DNA of 64,000 nt from an uncultured virus (IMG/VR IMGVR_UViG_3300044858_002734) (lineage: Duplodnaviria > Heunggongvirae > Uroviricota > Caudoviricetes): IMG/VR virus record IMGVR_UViG_3300044858_002734. The stretch is one strand, 5' to 3'. The notes beneath the pieces were generated by a model. That model did no database searches, had not been told where the DNA came from, and saw nothing but the letters and a program-made list of their open reading frames with translations. Of this stretch, positions 30,744 to 40,491 are shown piece by piece. Position numbers and translations under genes: made by a program. Each line of letters starts with the position of its first letter. Positions within the stretch are counted from its first letter, which is position 1.

Positions 30744-31073
30744 ATGGCCGCTTTTGATGTAAATCCTGCTGACAATGACCTACTTGGTGCAAACTATACC
30801 GCCGATAGCACTACGCTTACACTTACTATTGCGGACTTCCCTGACCTAACATCCGTAGAAGCTGCCCCATCTACTGGTGATAGCCGGAAGATTATCTATG
30901 CTCTATGTCAGGGTATCTATGCTAACTACAAAGCACTAACAACTGATCTACCTGCTAAGATGACTATTGCACGTACTACAACTGTATCTGATACCACACA
31001 GACAGCATCTGTTACATTTACGATCCGGTTTCTAACTTCTGAATACACCGCTGAGGTCGCCGCAGAAGCCTAA
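30744..31073 (+). CDS. Small probable virion protein
   Basis: AGGAG RBS; Thr/Ala-rich; last gene of the operon. Confidence 0.6.
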   Translation: MAAFDVNPADNDLLGANYTADSTTLTLTIADFPDLTSVEAAPSTGDSRKIIYALCQGIYANYKALTTDLPAKMTIARTTTVSDTTQTASVTFTIRFLTSEYTAEVAAEA

Positions 31074-31095
31074 TCGAAACACGTTGACCAATAAC

Positions 31096-31134
31096 AAAAC
31101 GCCCCTTACAGTGTTTATCCTGTAAGGGGCTTTT
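31096..31134. terminator. Bidirectional terminator between convergent arms
   Basis: GCCCCTTACAG/CTGTAAGGGGC stem flanked by AAAA and TTTT. Confidence 0.85.
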
Positions 31135-31153
31135 CCGTTTATACTTGTGATGG

Positions 31154-31330
31154 TTACTTGGGATTGACTACAAATACCCGTTCTGTTTTGGGGCAATGGA
31201 CGGGACAATCACGGCTTACGGTAAATAATCCGGTACCCTTCATACCCGAATTATCACTAATAGGGCAGGTACAGCCAAGTTTGATTGCAGCCTTGCTACC
31301 GGGGTCAGGCAACTTCCGTTTTTGTTTCAT
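31154..31330 (-). CDS. Small Cys-rich protein
   Basis: PGS..AI..GC.CP..DN...CP.H. Confidence 0.55.
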   Translation of the reverse strand: MKQKRKLPDPGSKAAIKLGCTCPISDNSGMKGTGLFTVSRDCPVHCPKTERVFVVNPK

Positions 31331-31868
31331 TGTATCCTTCCGCACAAGTTAAATAAGTTTCAGGGGAACACTTAAGGAAATCAGCTAGACTGATGATCAT
31401 ATACTGGTTGTAGTAAATGGTAGAAACAGTATGACTAAAAAGTACCTTATCTAACCGCATACAATTTACCATAGTAGGCATTAGCACAAAAGGTTCCCTA
31501 CCATCACGGCGACATATCAAAAGGAAGTTACGAATACCCGCTTGTTTAAGTTCTTCTTCCACCTGTAACAGGAAGCCCCCTAAGACGGTCTTGGTGGGGT
31601 TTTTGGAATCAATCATATCAAGGATACCCCAACGCTTGTACCCCCTCTTCAATTCGATGACAGTAGCCTTTATTAATGGTGCACCTATAGGATCGGTAGC
31701 AGTAATGTCACCCGCTTGGTACGCTGTCGCTTTCCCCACCTTACGCCTAACCGTTGCCCTTCCGCCTGACATGGACGTGCGCCAGAAAATATCATCCCGT
31801 TCACCATGACTCCACCATAGGGACAGGGTTCTGGAAATATCCCGCTCGAAATCTGCACCTTTAGCCAT
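31305..31868 (-). CDS. Holliday junction resolvase (PD-(D/E)XK, Hjc-like)
   Basis: KGADFER, SGG, GDI, IELKRGY. Confidence 0.8.
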   Translation of the reverse strand: MAKGADFERDISRTLSLWWSHGERDDIFWRTSMSGGRATVRRKVGKATAYQAGDITATDPIGAPLIKATVIELKRGYKRWGILDMIDSKNPTKTVLGGFLLQVEEELKQAGIRNFLLICRRDGREPFVLMPTMVNCMRLDKVLFSHTVSTIYYNQYMIISLADFLKCSPETYLTCAEGYNETKTEVA

Positions 31869-31870
31869 AA

Positions 31871-32467
31871 CTACCTCACTATTGAGTTACCGGATTCGTT
31901 ACTAACCTTAAACACCTTGTCAGCATTACGCGCTAGTTCAGCAATATGCGTTACAAGGATAATCTGAATACCTGTTTGTTCTGATACCTTCTTAACAAAC
32001 TCAATGGCACGATCACGGTATTCCTCTGATATTTGCTTAAAGGGTTCATCAAGTATGATTACCTTACGCAAGTTAGGCTGCAGGCATAGGATAGACACCC
32101 GTAAGGCAAAGCAGATTAAGTCCGCTATACCATGCCCCCTAGATTCAAGAGGGTCATACCGTACCCCACCCTCCTCAATATACATCTCAAGGATTGTAGT
32201 GTTCTTCTGTGGGGTAAAGGATACGCCGAAAGTTATATCCTTGTCATAGAATACGTCTTTAAGGGCTGCTGAACATAGACTAGTTAGCGAGTCCTTGATT
32301 AGACTCTGCATACCATCTGCTGCCTGTTGCAGTAAAACTACTGCTTCTTTAGCTGTAATACTGGTTAGGTCAGCAGCATCTATACTTTTCTCTAGCTCTG
32401 TTACCTGACTGTCTACCTGCGTACTATGTAGAAATAGTACTCGCGCCTTATTGCAGATCTCACTCAT
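31871..32467 (-). CDS. SbcC/Rad50-like ATPase, C-terminal half
   Basis: Signature SRGHG, Walker B ILDEPF, H-loop LVTH; no Walker A. Confidence 0.85.
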   Translation of the reverse strand: MSEICNKARVLFLHSTQVDSQVTELEKSIDAADLTSITAKEAVVLLQQAADGMQSLIKDSLTSLCSAALKDVFYDKDITFGVSFTPQKNTTILEMYIEEGGVRYDPLESRGHGIADLICFALRVSILCLQPNLRKVIILDEPFKQISEEYRDRAIEFVKKVSEQTGIQIILVTHIAELARNADKVFKVSNESGNSIVR

Positions 32468-32571
32468 AGTTAAAACCGTTCTCACTTGCAATACGCAAAA
32501 CATTAGCGGCGGCTGTTCGATCACGCCGCCGCAGGTACACGATGATTTCCCGTATGGTTTTATCTATATCT

Positions 32572-32970
32572 TTAGTGTGTGAGGAAAATGCAAGAGGCTT
32601 TGAAGGCTGCGTTTGTGCAATTTCCGACTGCATAAAGGGTATCTCCTGCTGCAAAGGGGATGGTAGGGTTAAATACGGTAGTGGTTTCTTCTTTGTTAGC
32701 TGTCACTACTGTGGCAAGGGTGTTAGTTACCCGACTATCAGCACTAATCCTGTAGTACACATTAGTAGATGCCTGTACCGTATTGGTAACGCAATCATAC
32801 TGCGTCATATAGGCCAGTAGTCCCTGATTCTGTGGGCCTAAAGTAGCAGTAGCATAGTTATTAACACCATTGGCATTAGCGGATGATGTTAGCTTAACCC
32901 GAAACACGTCAGCATGTGCTAGGGTAGCAGCGGAAACGGCAAAGATGAAAGCAAGTAGTAATTTCTTCAT
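32572..32970 (-). CDS. Exported beta-rich protein, distant paralog of 30221-30622
   Basis: MKKLLLAFIFAVSAATLAHA signal peptide; GAAAGGA RBS. Confidence 0.75.
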   Translation of the reverse strand: MKKLLLAFIFAVSAATLAHADVFRVKLTSSANANGVNNYATATLGPQNQGLLAYMTQYDCVTNTVQASTNVYYRISADSRVTNTLATVVTANKEETTTVFNPTIPFAAGDTLYAVGNCTNAAFKASCIFLTH

Positions 32971-33019
32971 AGTTGTAATCCTTTCAAAAGATAAAGTTAG
33001 TGTAGCATAAAGAACAGGG

Positions 33020-33268
33020 TTAGGCAAGTGCAGCATTAGTCTTGTCTATCAGTAATGTTAGTTCGGCTATCTTAGCTTTCAATTCAGTTTCCATAGTGGT
33101 AATCTGTGTGCGTAGGGCAGTAAGCACGCTTTCTAGTTCGGATGGTTCTACCCCCATAGTTTTAAGCTGCCGCAGTACCTCTTCTCGTGAACCCTGTAGT
33201 ACCGCGATCTTATGGTTAATGTCTGCTACCTTCTTCTTCTGTGCTTCAAATGTCTCAATATCAGTCAT
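33020..33268 (-). CDS. Small coiled-coil protein (possible SbcC middle piece)
   Basis: Heptad pattern throughout. Confidence 0.6.
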   Translation of the reverse strand: MTDIETFEAQKKKVADINHKIAVLQGSREEVLRQLKTMGVEPSELESVLTALRTQITTMETELKAKIAELTLLIDKTNAALA

Positions 33269-33750
33269 CGTGATCTCCTACATGGTGTTAGTTCATGGCA
33301 ACCGTTTCTATATTTACACTCAGGTACTAAATTTGCGGCTAGTGCTTTGTCTACTTGCTCGATAGCAGTTACGATACTACACATTACTTCCCTTGTTGCG
33401 TTATGTGCCTTATAACATAACCGTTTCCGCGCCATATTGATAAGTGCCTGTGCGTTGATCAGCATGAAGTGATTAACGGGACTATTTCTTGTTTCATTCC
33501 CTTCCCCACACCTATCATCCCGTAATGACTTAACAAAGTGTTCTACCCCTACCTTATGCCTTACGAGATGCGTACTTACAAAAGCAGGGATGTCATATAG
33601 TTTAACCCAAAATAGTTGAGTACGTATAGGACTATGTTCACAGTTATACATATCAAAAAGTGATACGGTACTATGTGGCTTGCCCATAGTAACTGCACAT
33701 GCTTCCTGCATGATTGTAGCAGTAGTTAGTTTAGTTATCTCTACTGTCAT
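33265..33750 (-). CDS. thyX: FAD-dependent thymidylate synthase (ThyX-like)
   Basis: EHSPIR, HLVRH, S.R.DR, INAQ.LIN.ARKRLC. Confidence 0.8.
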   Translation of the reverse strand: MTVEITKLTTATIMQEACAVTMGKPHSTVSLFDMYNCEHSPIRTQLFWVKLYDIPAFVSTHLVRHKVGVEHFVKSLRDDRCGEGNETRNSPVNHFMLINAQALINMARKRLCYKAHNATREVMCSIVTAIEQVDKALAANLVPECKYRNGCHELTPCRRSR

Positions 33751-33965
33751 TTCAGTATCTTTCTAGTACGATTGACTAACTCAGTTAGCTCCTTGGGATC
33801 GTCCATAGACCAGCCATCTGTCTTGATAACAGTAAACCCACCATCACCGGGTAACTGAAATTCAATATTAACAGTGATTTCCTCAATGGTACTGGTAGTA
33901 CCTACTGTATTCCCATCCTGTACAAAGGTGACAGATACATTACTGATTTCTGGTTTCTTACTCAT
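33747..33965 (-). CDS. Hypothetical protein
   Basis: ORF with ATGA overlaps on both sides. Confidence 0.65.
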   Translation of the reverse strand: MSKKPEISNVSVTFVQDGNTVGTTSTIEEITVNIEFQLPGDGGFTVIKTDGWSMDDPKELTELVNRTRKILK

Positions 33966-34837
33966 ACTGCCCCTTCTGTTTCAACGATTGCAGCATTTAC
34001 TGCAGTAACTAGTTCTTTAGGTTTGTCTACTAATAGCAAGTCTACACTCTTCTTGAAGTCTAACTGAAAGGATACCTGCTGCTTTAGTTGTGCAGCAAAC
34101 TCTGATACAAATGTATCTTTAGTCTGCTTAATGTACATTTCTGTACGATCAACTGCTTCCGTATTTACCTTTAGCTTAATCCGTTCTACAGTTATGTTAT
34201 CTGTATCAATAAACCAGCAACTAGGTTCATAGTCACGTTCCGTTACGGATGTACGTACAATAGGGCCAGTGTTAATCCATACATGTCTATCATCCCGCCA
34301 GTATTCAAACGCCTTATGGTTATCCCCAGTAATAACTACACTTACATCCGTATACTCCGGTTGATTGAATAGCCATTTTACATCGTAAGTGTTTGCATCA
34401 TAACCATGTACGGGGTCAGTCAGGTACACCATACGGTGTTGCACTAGCATCTGGTGTTGCGAGGGGATAATCGTTTCCCCATAGCTATAACCCTTTATAC
34501 TTGAACACCATAGCGTACTTGAAAGTAACCGCCCCTTAGTCAACACCATAGGACTGGACTTATACTTGTCCATCGAATGATAAGGCAAGTCATGGTTTCC
34601 TGCTACAAACCAAACATCTAGCTCACCTAGTATCTCATTAACATTATGGATTAACTCAAAGCCTATATCCCACTTATCGTACAGGTCACCAGCAATAACG
34701 AGTATGGCGTCCTTTTCTTTTGCTACTGTGACAATTTGGCGCAGTTTACCCAACTGTGTTGCCATAAAGTCAGTATCTTTACGGCATACCGGTGGTTTTT
34801 CACAAAGGTGAACATCCCCTATGGCTACTATACGCAT
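33962..34837 (-). CDS. SbcD/Mre11-like nuclease
   Basis: GDVH, AGDLYD, GNHD, GDNH. Confidence 0.88.
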   Translation of the reverse strand: MRIVAIGDVHLCEKPPVCRKDTDFMATQLGKLRQIVTVAKEKDAILVIAGDLYDKWDIGFELIHNVNEILGELDVWFVAGNHDLPYHSMDKYKSSPMVLTKGRLLSSTLWCSSIKGYSYGETIIPSQHQMLVQHRMVYLTDPVHGYDANTYDVKWLFNQPEYTDVSVVITGDNHKAFEYWRDDRHVWINTGPIVRTSVTERDYEPSCWFIDTDNITVERIKLKVNTEAVDRTEMYIKQTKDTFVSEFAAQLKQQVSFQLDFKKSVDLLLVDKPKELVTAVNAAIVETEGAV

Positions 34838-35946
34838 TTATCACCTATATCCCCACCACAAAGCGGACATACCTTCCATTGACTAAGTACAGTTAGTTCA
34901 GTTGCTAGGATACCTTGCCCCTTAGCAATACGTTCATCAGTGGTAGTTAATTCACTATACTTAGTAACTAAAGCGGTATGTTTCGTTATCAGTACCTGTA
35001 ACTTATCCACTACACTTGTATCTACAGTTATAGGTTCCGGTACAACTTGCTGCAGTTTAGTTAAGCAGGTTTGGAGTTGTCTGGCCCTGTCATAAAGGCA
35101 AACAAGAGTATTATTGTCAAAAGCAGCATGAATGTCATTAGGTATCTCCCTACTTAGCTTAGACGCAATACTCGTTAAGGTTGCAAACTTACTTTGATTA
35201 CCTGACAACCGTGTAACTGCGTCTTGTATATCTGTAGTGCGTACCGTACTTCCCGTAGTAAACGCCTCCACCGATACCAACGTATTAGCGATAGTCCTAT
35301 ATGTTTCAGCATAAGAAACCAGTCTTTCATATCTAGTTTTAAGTGTGGTTATGTCTTGTTCTAGGGTATCAATGGCGGTAACTAGGGATTCGTTTTGTTT
35401 AAATGCGTTTAAAGCCGTCTGCCGTGCCCGTAGTGGGGCTAGTTGGGTTCGCAACGTGTCGGCGTCACGGGTTGCGCGTAAAGCGTTACGGCGTGCCGTT
35501 ACAACCGATTCAGAAGCCAACGCCATATTGCACAAACTATTGATTAGTTTAGACCGTTCGGATTCACTAATACCTAGTAGGAAATATGGACTTGCCTGCT
35601 TTTGTATACTTAACTCTGCATCTATACGTACTGCATCCTTAACTTCATCTGGTACTGACTGTCCAAAGGCTTTAAGTACCTCTCCATTAAGTTTATAGTT
35701 ATTTTTAGTGCCTTTAGCTCTACTAACAATACAGTCATCAAACTGCATTGTAACCTCTGTCTGTGTTGTACCCTGCTTTATGAACTCAGTACCACTGGGT
35801 TTGTTTTCTATAACTAACCGCAATGCCCGTATGATACTGGACTTACCGGAATCGGTTTTTCCTATGATAGCATTTACACCAGATACAAACTCTAGTGTGG
35901 TATCATCATGGGATTGGAAATTAGACAGTTTTAGGGTATTGATCAT
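34828..35946 (-). CDS. SbcC/Rad50-like ATPase, N-terminal half ending at the zinc hook
   Basis: LSNFQSH, Walker A GKTDSGKSS, Q-loop, C-terminal CPLCG. Confidence 0.88.
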   Translation of the reverse strand: MINTLKLSNFQSHDDTTLEFVSGVNAIIGKTDSGKSSIIRALRLVIENKPSGTEFIKQGTTQTEVTMQFDDCIVSRAKGTKNNYKLNGEVLKAFGQSVPDEVKDAVRIDAELSIQKQASPYFLLGISESERSKLINSLCNMALASESVVTARRNALRATRDADTLRTQLAPLRARQTALNAFKQNESLVTAIDTLEQDITTLKTRYERLVSYAETYRTIANTLVSVEAFTTGSTVRTTDIQDAVTRLSGNQSKFATLTSIASKLSREIPNDIHAAFDNNTLVCLYDRARQLQTCLTKLQQVVPEPITVDTSVVDKLQVLITKHTALVTKYSELTTTDERIAKGQGILATELTVLSQWKVCPLCGGDIGDKCV

Positions 35947-36523
35947 AATTTCGGAGTGGTAATACGTAGTTAATGCGTTCTTCGCGTGTACCAGTAATCC
36001 AGTAGAAGTTAGATAGACGGCTACGTGAAAGACCTAACCATTTGCCTGTTTCATACCAAAAGTGATAGTCAATGTCCTTGCGGTACTGCTCATCCGTATC
36101 CCTTAATCCATCAGACTGAATAACGATATGCTCGTTACCTTTTAATGGGAAGTGAAAGACTAAATCAAACTGTGCAAGCAACTCGTATGCCTGTCTACGC
36201 ATGTTACGGAATATCTCTAGTTCAGCTTCCGTATTGTTTGCTATGTTCCTAAGCATCAGATACTTAGTGTAAATCATAGCATCAAAGGCACACCGATCCA
36301 TGATCATGTTAGTATCAGGCAATGTAAGCTGCTGGTTTACCACAAAGTTAAAGATTTCAAGCTGGTTCGCAACAGTTCCTTCTTGGTTAATGGTCAATCC
36401 CTTAGCCCTAATCATGTCACGGTATGACTCGGTAGGTGTAGTAAAGTTAGGATACTTGGCAATGAAGTCACTAATGAACGTGCTTTTGCCAGTGTTCTGT
36501 GCGCCAATGCAGACTATTTTCAT
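35921..36523 (-). CDS. P-loop kinase (AAA_28/dNMP kinase-like)
   Basis: GAQNTGKST, MDRCAFD, DG.R. Confidence 0.75.
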   Translation of the reverse strand: MKIVCIGAQNTGKSTFISDFIAKYPNFTTPTESYRDMIRAKGLTINQEGTVANQLEIFNFVVNQQLTLPDTNMIMDRCAFDAMIYTKYLMLRNIANNTEAELEIFRNMRRQAYELLAQFDLVFHFPLKGNEHIVIQSDGLRDTDEQYRKDIDYHFWYETGKWLGLSRSRLSNFYWITGTREERINYVLPLRNYDQYPKTV

Positions 36524-36837
36524 GGTTTCACTTTCATTGTAGAAGGATGATTCGCCCATGTCCTGTGCGCCCAAGGGGTACATTTACACGTAGCTATCGT
36601 ATGGTGATTATTAGGATCAACACGCCCAATAGCCTGTTCCCCGCATAGCGGACACAGAAATGTATGAGTATTCTTACCTTTTGGTACTTTGGCAGCAGCA
36701 TCAAGTAGTAACATTGTAGTACGGAATATCTCCTTTGATTCGGGGTCAGGTTCTTCCGGCCATTTCCGATCTTTATTTTTAATTTGTAACTGGCGTATAC
36801 GCGCTAATTGTTCTTCTGCTGTTTCTGGTGTATCCAT
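36520..36837 (-). CDS. Hypothetical Zn-binding protein
   Basis: CPLC...H...C.C. Confidence 0.55.
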   Translation of the reverse strand: MDTPETAEEQLARIRQLQIKNKDRKWPEEPDPESKEIFRTTMLLLDAAAKVPKGKNTHTFLCPLCGEQAIGRVDPNNHHTIATCKCTPWAHRTWANHPSTMKVKP

Positions 36838-36858
36838 GTTGTAACTATTCCTGTAACT

Positions 36859-37401
36859 CTAGTTATACTTTGCTAAATCAGCCGCAATGTCATTCCCAGT
36901 GATTTCATTTCCCAAACTCGTCCACCCCAAACGGGTTTTACGCGCAAAAATCTCTAGGTAATCTCCGGGGCTAACCCTTTCCACTAACTCATAGAAGAAC
37001 TCTGGCTTAACGCTATGTCCCCCTTTACGTGGAATATTAAACCAGTTACGGAATGATCTTTCTTTAGCTGGTAACTTGCCCCGTCGCCCAAAAATAAGGT
37101 ACTCTGTACATATCCCATACGCCCCACCTAGTCCACGCCCCATAGGGTCTTTAGCCCATACTAGGGTAGTAGACGGTGTAAATCCCCATCCTCGCATGAT
37201 ACCAAAACTATGTTCTAGGTAATGGTTTATAGTCCATAGATAAATGTGGCAGTTATCTGGTTTAGGTATCTGCAGACTACGGATAGCGTCTAAAGACATC
37301 GTAGGGTACACTAGATCGCGTGAAGGTTGATTAGGCTTGTGTAAGGAGGCAGGGCCAGCCTTCACTTGCCACGGTGGGTCTATTACGATGGTTTGAAACA
37401 T
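36859..37401 (-). CDS. MT-A70 family adenine methyltransferase
   Basis: DPPW, YPTM, HS.KP, LEIFAR. Confidence 0.88.
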   Translation of the reverse strand: MFQTIVIDPPWQVKAGPASLHKPNQPSRDLVYPTMSLDAIRSLQIPKPDNCHIYLWTINHYLEHSFGIMRGWGFTPSTTLVWAKDPMGRGLGGAYGICTEYLIFGRRGKLPAKERSFRNWFNIPRKGGHSVKPEFFYELVERVSPGDYLEIFARKTRLGWTSLGNEITGNDIAADLAKYN

Positions 37402-38098
37402 ATATTGGGAACCTCGGTTGTGATAACTCTGTAATGATTCGTTTCTTGGCTTCTTCAAAGGTAACTGGGTCTTGCTCGATGCCGATGAACTTCCGGTTAT
37501 TGCGAATACAGGCGATTGCGGTAGTGGCCGACCCCATGCAGAAGTCAAGCACCGTATCACCTTCGTTACTATAATCAGTAACTATATTGCACATCATCCC
37601 AACAGGTTTACCGCCAGTATGTACTATTTCAGATGCCTTACCTTCATAGTAACCGGGCAGCGTACCCCATTTATGTTCAAGGGTAGTGCGACTAACTAGT
37701 AACCAATCAGTCCAACTACTAGGCCCATCCCCGCATAACCTTACTGATCTGCCCTTCATAACACAGGGTAGAGGGGCAAACACGTATCGCTTGATTGCCA
37801 GTAATTCTGCTTCCCAATCTCTAGCTAACGTATGATCGGTTAGGATACATACCCATCCTTTAGGAGGCAGTAGTTTACATAGTGCGGATACATGCTCCTT
37901 GCTCCATGCAGTATAAGATAGAGTGTTGCGAAACCCTGCATCATACCCGCTTCTAGCCCCGCTATCATGCCCGTCATGTGTTCTACTGCTAAAGGGTGGG
38001 TCGCTTATTACTGCGGCACATTCAAACTTGCCATAATCAAAGCAACTACAGTTGTATAGCTTAATCCTACCATCTTCACTTTGCCATGTCGGTATCAT
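37331..38098 (-). CDS. N6/N4 DNA methyltransferase
   Basis: SDPPF, H...KP, LDFCMGSATT, FIGIE. Confidence 0.88.
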   Translation of the reverse strand: MIPTWQSEDGRIKLYNCSCFDYGKFECAAVISDPPFSSRTHDGHDSGARSGYDAGFRNTLSYTAWSKEHVSALCKLLPPKGWVCILTDHTLARDWEAELLAIKRYVFAPLPCVMKGRSVRLCGDGPSSWTDWLLVSRTTLEHKWGTLPGYYEGKASEIVHTGGKPVGMMCNIVTDYSNEGDTVLDFCMGSATTAIACIRNNRKFIGIEQDPVTFEEAKKRIITELSQPRFPIYVSNHRNRPTVASEGWPCLLTQA

Positions 38099-38280
38099 TA
38101 GTGCCTTTGCGAAGGTAGCCGATAGTCCATACAAGTGAACCTAGAACAAACTGTACTATCTGAACATTCTTAATCCTACTCGTAGTTATACCACACCAAA
38201 TATTATTACGTGTCCCGTCCTGATCAGTGATATACCATAAAGAATCTGGTTTAGAAGCCCAACGTAATCTCGTTATCATA

Positions 38281-38673
38281 TCATCGTCCTTTATAAGCTA
38301 CCATACACCTGAAATGTGGACAGTCAACTTCTTTAGTGTCTGCTGGCAACCGCGCACAGAATATGCACAGGATGTTAGAGCTAGACCGTGTGCGCTTAAT
38401 ATCTACATTAGCTTGATTATTACGCAAGGCTTTGAAGTTGAAACAGGTATCTGCTTTCAGTAAACTACAATTATTAGCATGTTTACACTTCTGGTTATCA
38501 TTAGGGCATATACCATTACGGAGAAACCGTTGCTTCATTTCCGCTATACTTTGCCTACAAGCATCGTATTCAGGTAGTGGTACTGCTCCTATGTACTCCG
38601 ATGGTATTAATTGTCGTTCCTTGTTAAGAACTACACCATTGTCCTCATCTTCTGGTAAGTCTATATCAAGCAT
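38281..38673 (-). CDS. Cys-rich hypothetical protein
   Basis: ORF with multiple Cys clusters. Confidence 0.55.
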   Translation of the reverse strand: MLDIDLPEDEDNGVVLNKERQLIPSEYIGAVPLPEYDACRQSIAEMKQRFLRNGICPNDNQKCKHANNCSLLKADTCFNFKALRNNQANVDIKRTRSSSNILCIFCARLPADTKEVDCPHFRCMVAYKGR

Positions 38674-38676
38674 AAA

Positions 38677-38931
38677 CTATGTAACTTTCCTATCTGCAGC
38701 AGATTGTAGAAATGTAGCCCACGCAGTTTGATCATGAATAGTGTACCTATCTAAGAAGGCTTGTGGTTGCTCCTCCCAAAAGGCTTGCTTTCGGTCTGAC
38801 ATCCACAGCAGAAAACCACACATACAGCCACCCGGCCATGAGGCAAAATCATAGTCAAACATCTCTGTAGGACTTTTCTCATGCGCTCGTGCATAGGCAA
38901 GGTAGTGTGGATTGGTAAGAGCATTGTCCAT
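38677..38931 (-). CDS. Conserved hypothetical protein
   Basis: NP.Y.AYA.AH..WPGG.M.GF..W. Confidence 0.6.
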   Translation of the reverse strand: MDNALTNPHYLAYARAHEKSPTEMFDYDFASWPGGCMCGFLLWMSDRKQAFWEEQPQAFLDRYTIHDQTAWATFLQSAADRKVT

Positions 38932-38973
38932 AGTTAATTACCATATTCAACGATTTAAGCCTATTAACTGCGG

Positions 38974-39984
38974 TTAATTACCATACTTGGGACTACGGCC
39001 TTGCAGGATTTTATCTACAATGGATGTTTCTATTTCACGCCATGTAGTAGCAACTAAAGCATCTAGGTCTTTCTGCTTCCCTTGCTTCTCGATTTCTGCT
39101 GCAAACTTACGTGTAGCAACCTTAATGTCCCAAGGCTCATAGGCTAGGCTATGCCCTTCCTTCTTAATCACGCCTTGCTCTAGCAGGAAGTCAATGTTAG
39201 CCTGTGTGTTATCAATCCCGTATACATAGTTGATAGGGAAGGTAACAGTACAACGCGCCCCAACAAGACGCGAACGGCGTTGCAGAAACTTAACCTGTAC
39301 CCCAACAGGATGCAAGTCAGCATCCACCTTGATCTGACCAGCAGATGATAACCATACCTCAAGTGAACTCTGGAACCGTACAGCAGACCCACCAGATACA
39401 GTCTTTTTATCAAACGACATAGGATCAATGTTATCCCGTGTCTGTTGAATCAGGAACAGATTACTATTAGTTTCAGCCAACTCCTCAACAATCTGCTGCA
39501 TTAGCAGGCTGCTCATCTTAGCCTGTGCCATACCAAAAGACTTCTTATCCTTATCGTCTACAATGGACTTGATAAAGGTTAAGTCTACTTCTGGGCGCAA
39601 TCCTGTATACGAATCCAGTACATAGATAAAGGGACGCTTTTCCTTCTTAGACTTCAATACGCAGTTATGGAAATGGCGGTAGAACTGTTCAGTAGACTTA
39701 CCATCTGAATAATCAAATGGGGGTTCTAGTGCCTTATCTGCAAACGCCTTACCAAACATCTTAGCGTCATCATAGAAAATACCATGTTCAATGTCATCGT
39801 GGATGTAAAACTTAGCATCCCCATACTTATAGAAACACTCGGCTAGTATGGTACGCCCTAGGAAAGACTTACCTGTATCTGAATCCCCTACAACACGAGT
39901 AAGGATGCCTTCTTGCACGAAACCGCTAGGGTCGCCAGTACAAGCAAGGTTGACTAATGTAATGCCGGAAGGTATCAAATCCAT
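38974..39984 (-). CDS. recA: RecA/UvsX-like recombinase
   Basis: GDSDTGKS, D.EH, VLDS, Q.RD, SGG.A..F. Confidence 0.88.
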   Translation of the reverse strand: MDLIPSGITLVNLACTGDPSGFVQEGILTRVVGDSDTGKSFLGRTILAECFYKYGDAKFYIHDDIEHGIFYDDAKMFGKAFADKALEPPFDYSDGKSTEQFYRHFHNCVLKSKKEKRPFIYVLDSYTGLRPEVDLTFIKSIVDDKDKKSFGMAQAKMSSLLMQQIVEELAETNSNLFLIQQTRDNIDPMSFDKKTVSGGSAVRFQSSLEVWLSSAGQIKVDADLHPVGVQVKFLQRRSRLVGARCTVTFPINYVYGIDNTQANIDFLLEQGVIKKEGHSLAYEPWDIKVATRKFAAEIEKQGKQKDLDALVATTWREIETSIVDKILQGRSPKYGN

Positions 39985-39985
39985 A

Positions 39986-40402
39986 TTATCCTTTTTCTGC
40001 CTGTTGTGTAAAATAAGTTAGCCAACAACCACTAGCATCATTATCAATAGTGTCACAATATGCGGCACAACCCAATGGGTGATCCCAGTTATCATCCGCA
40101 TAAGTATCAGCGGGGCAACTGCCACTTGTTTCTGCAGCCCACTTACTTGCTACTTGTAGGATTTTCTGTAACTTATCGCACTTAGCCGCAATATCTAAAC
40201 AATCCGTTATGCGATCATCACACTGCTGTACCCATGAATCGCGGTCTGCAGTAACATCGGCTAAGGCATTAACTACCTTATCAAATACTGCTAGTCGCTC
40301 TGTTGCATCGTCAGTCCAGCCACGAATCAGGTCAACTTGTAACTGATGAAGTAGGGTATCGGATGTAATACCTAACACTTTAACCGATTCTAGTACCGTC
40401 AT
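39986..40402 (-). CDS. Hypothetical protein
   Basis: ORF in operon. Confidence 0.6.
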   Translation of the reverse strand: MTVLESVKVLGITSDTLLHQLQVDLIRGWTDDATERLAVFDKVVNALADVTADRDSWVQQCDDRITDCLDIAAKCDKLQKILQVASKWAAETSGSCPADTYADDNWDHPLGCAAYCDTIDNDASGCWLTYFTQQAEKG

Positions 40403-40415
40403 AGAACACCTAGAT

Positions 40416-40486
40416 TAGCGGGGGAAGGAATCGAACCTTCACTGACTGGTTATGAGCCAGTCATGCTGCCATTACAATACCCCGCA
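40416..40486 (-). tRNA. tRNA-Met(CAT), possibly initiator
   Basis: Cloverleaf by hand: anticodon arm ACTGG-CTCATAA-CCAGT, T arm GAAGG-TTCGATT-CCTTC, 1:72 T:T mismatch, no encoded CCA. Confidence 0.88.
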
Positions 40487-40491
40487 ATAGT

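Noticed and set aside
32470..32571. HDV-like/theta ribozyme (GCGGCGGC hairpin followed by CTAA)
   Set aside because: L3 is not pyrimidine-rich and P1/P2 pairings are mismatched; treated as a simple hairpin or gene remnant
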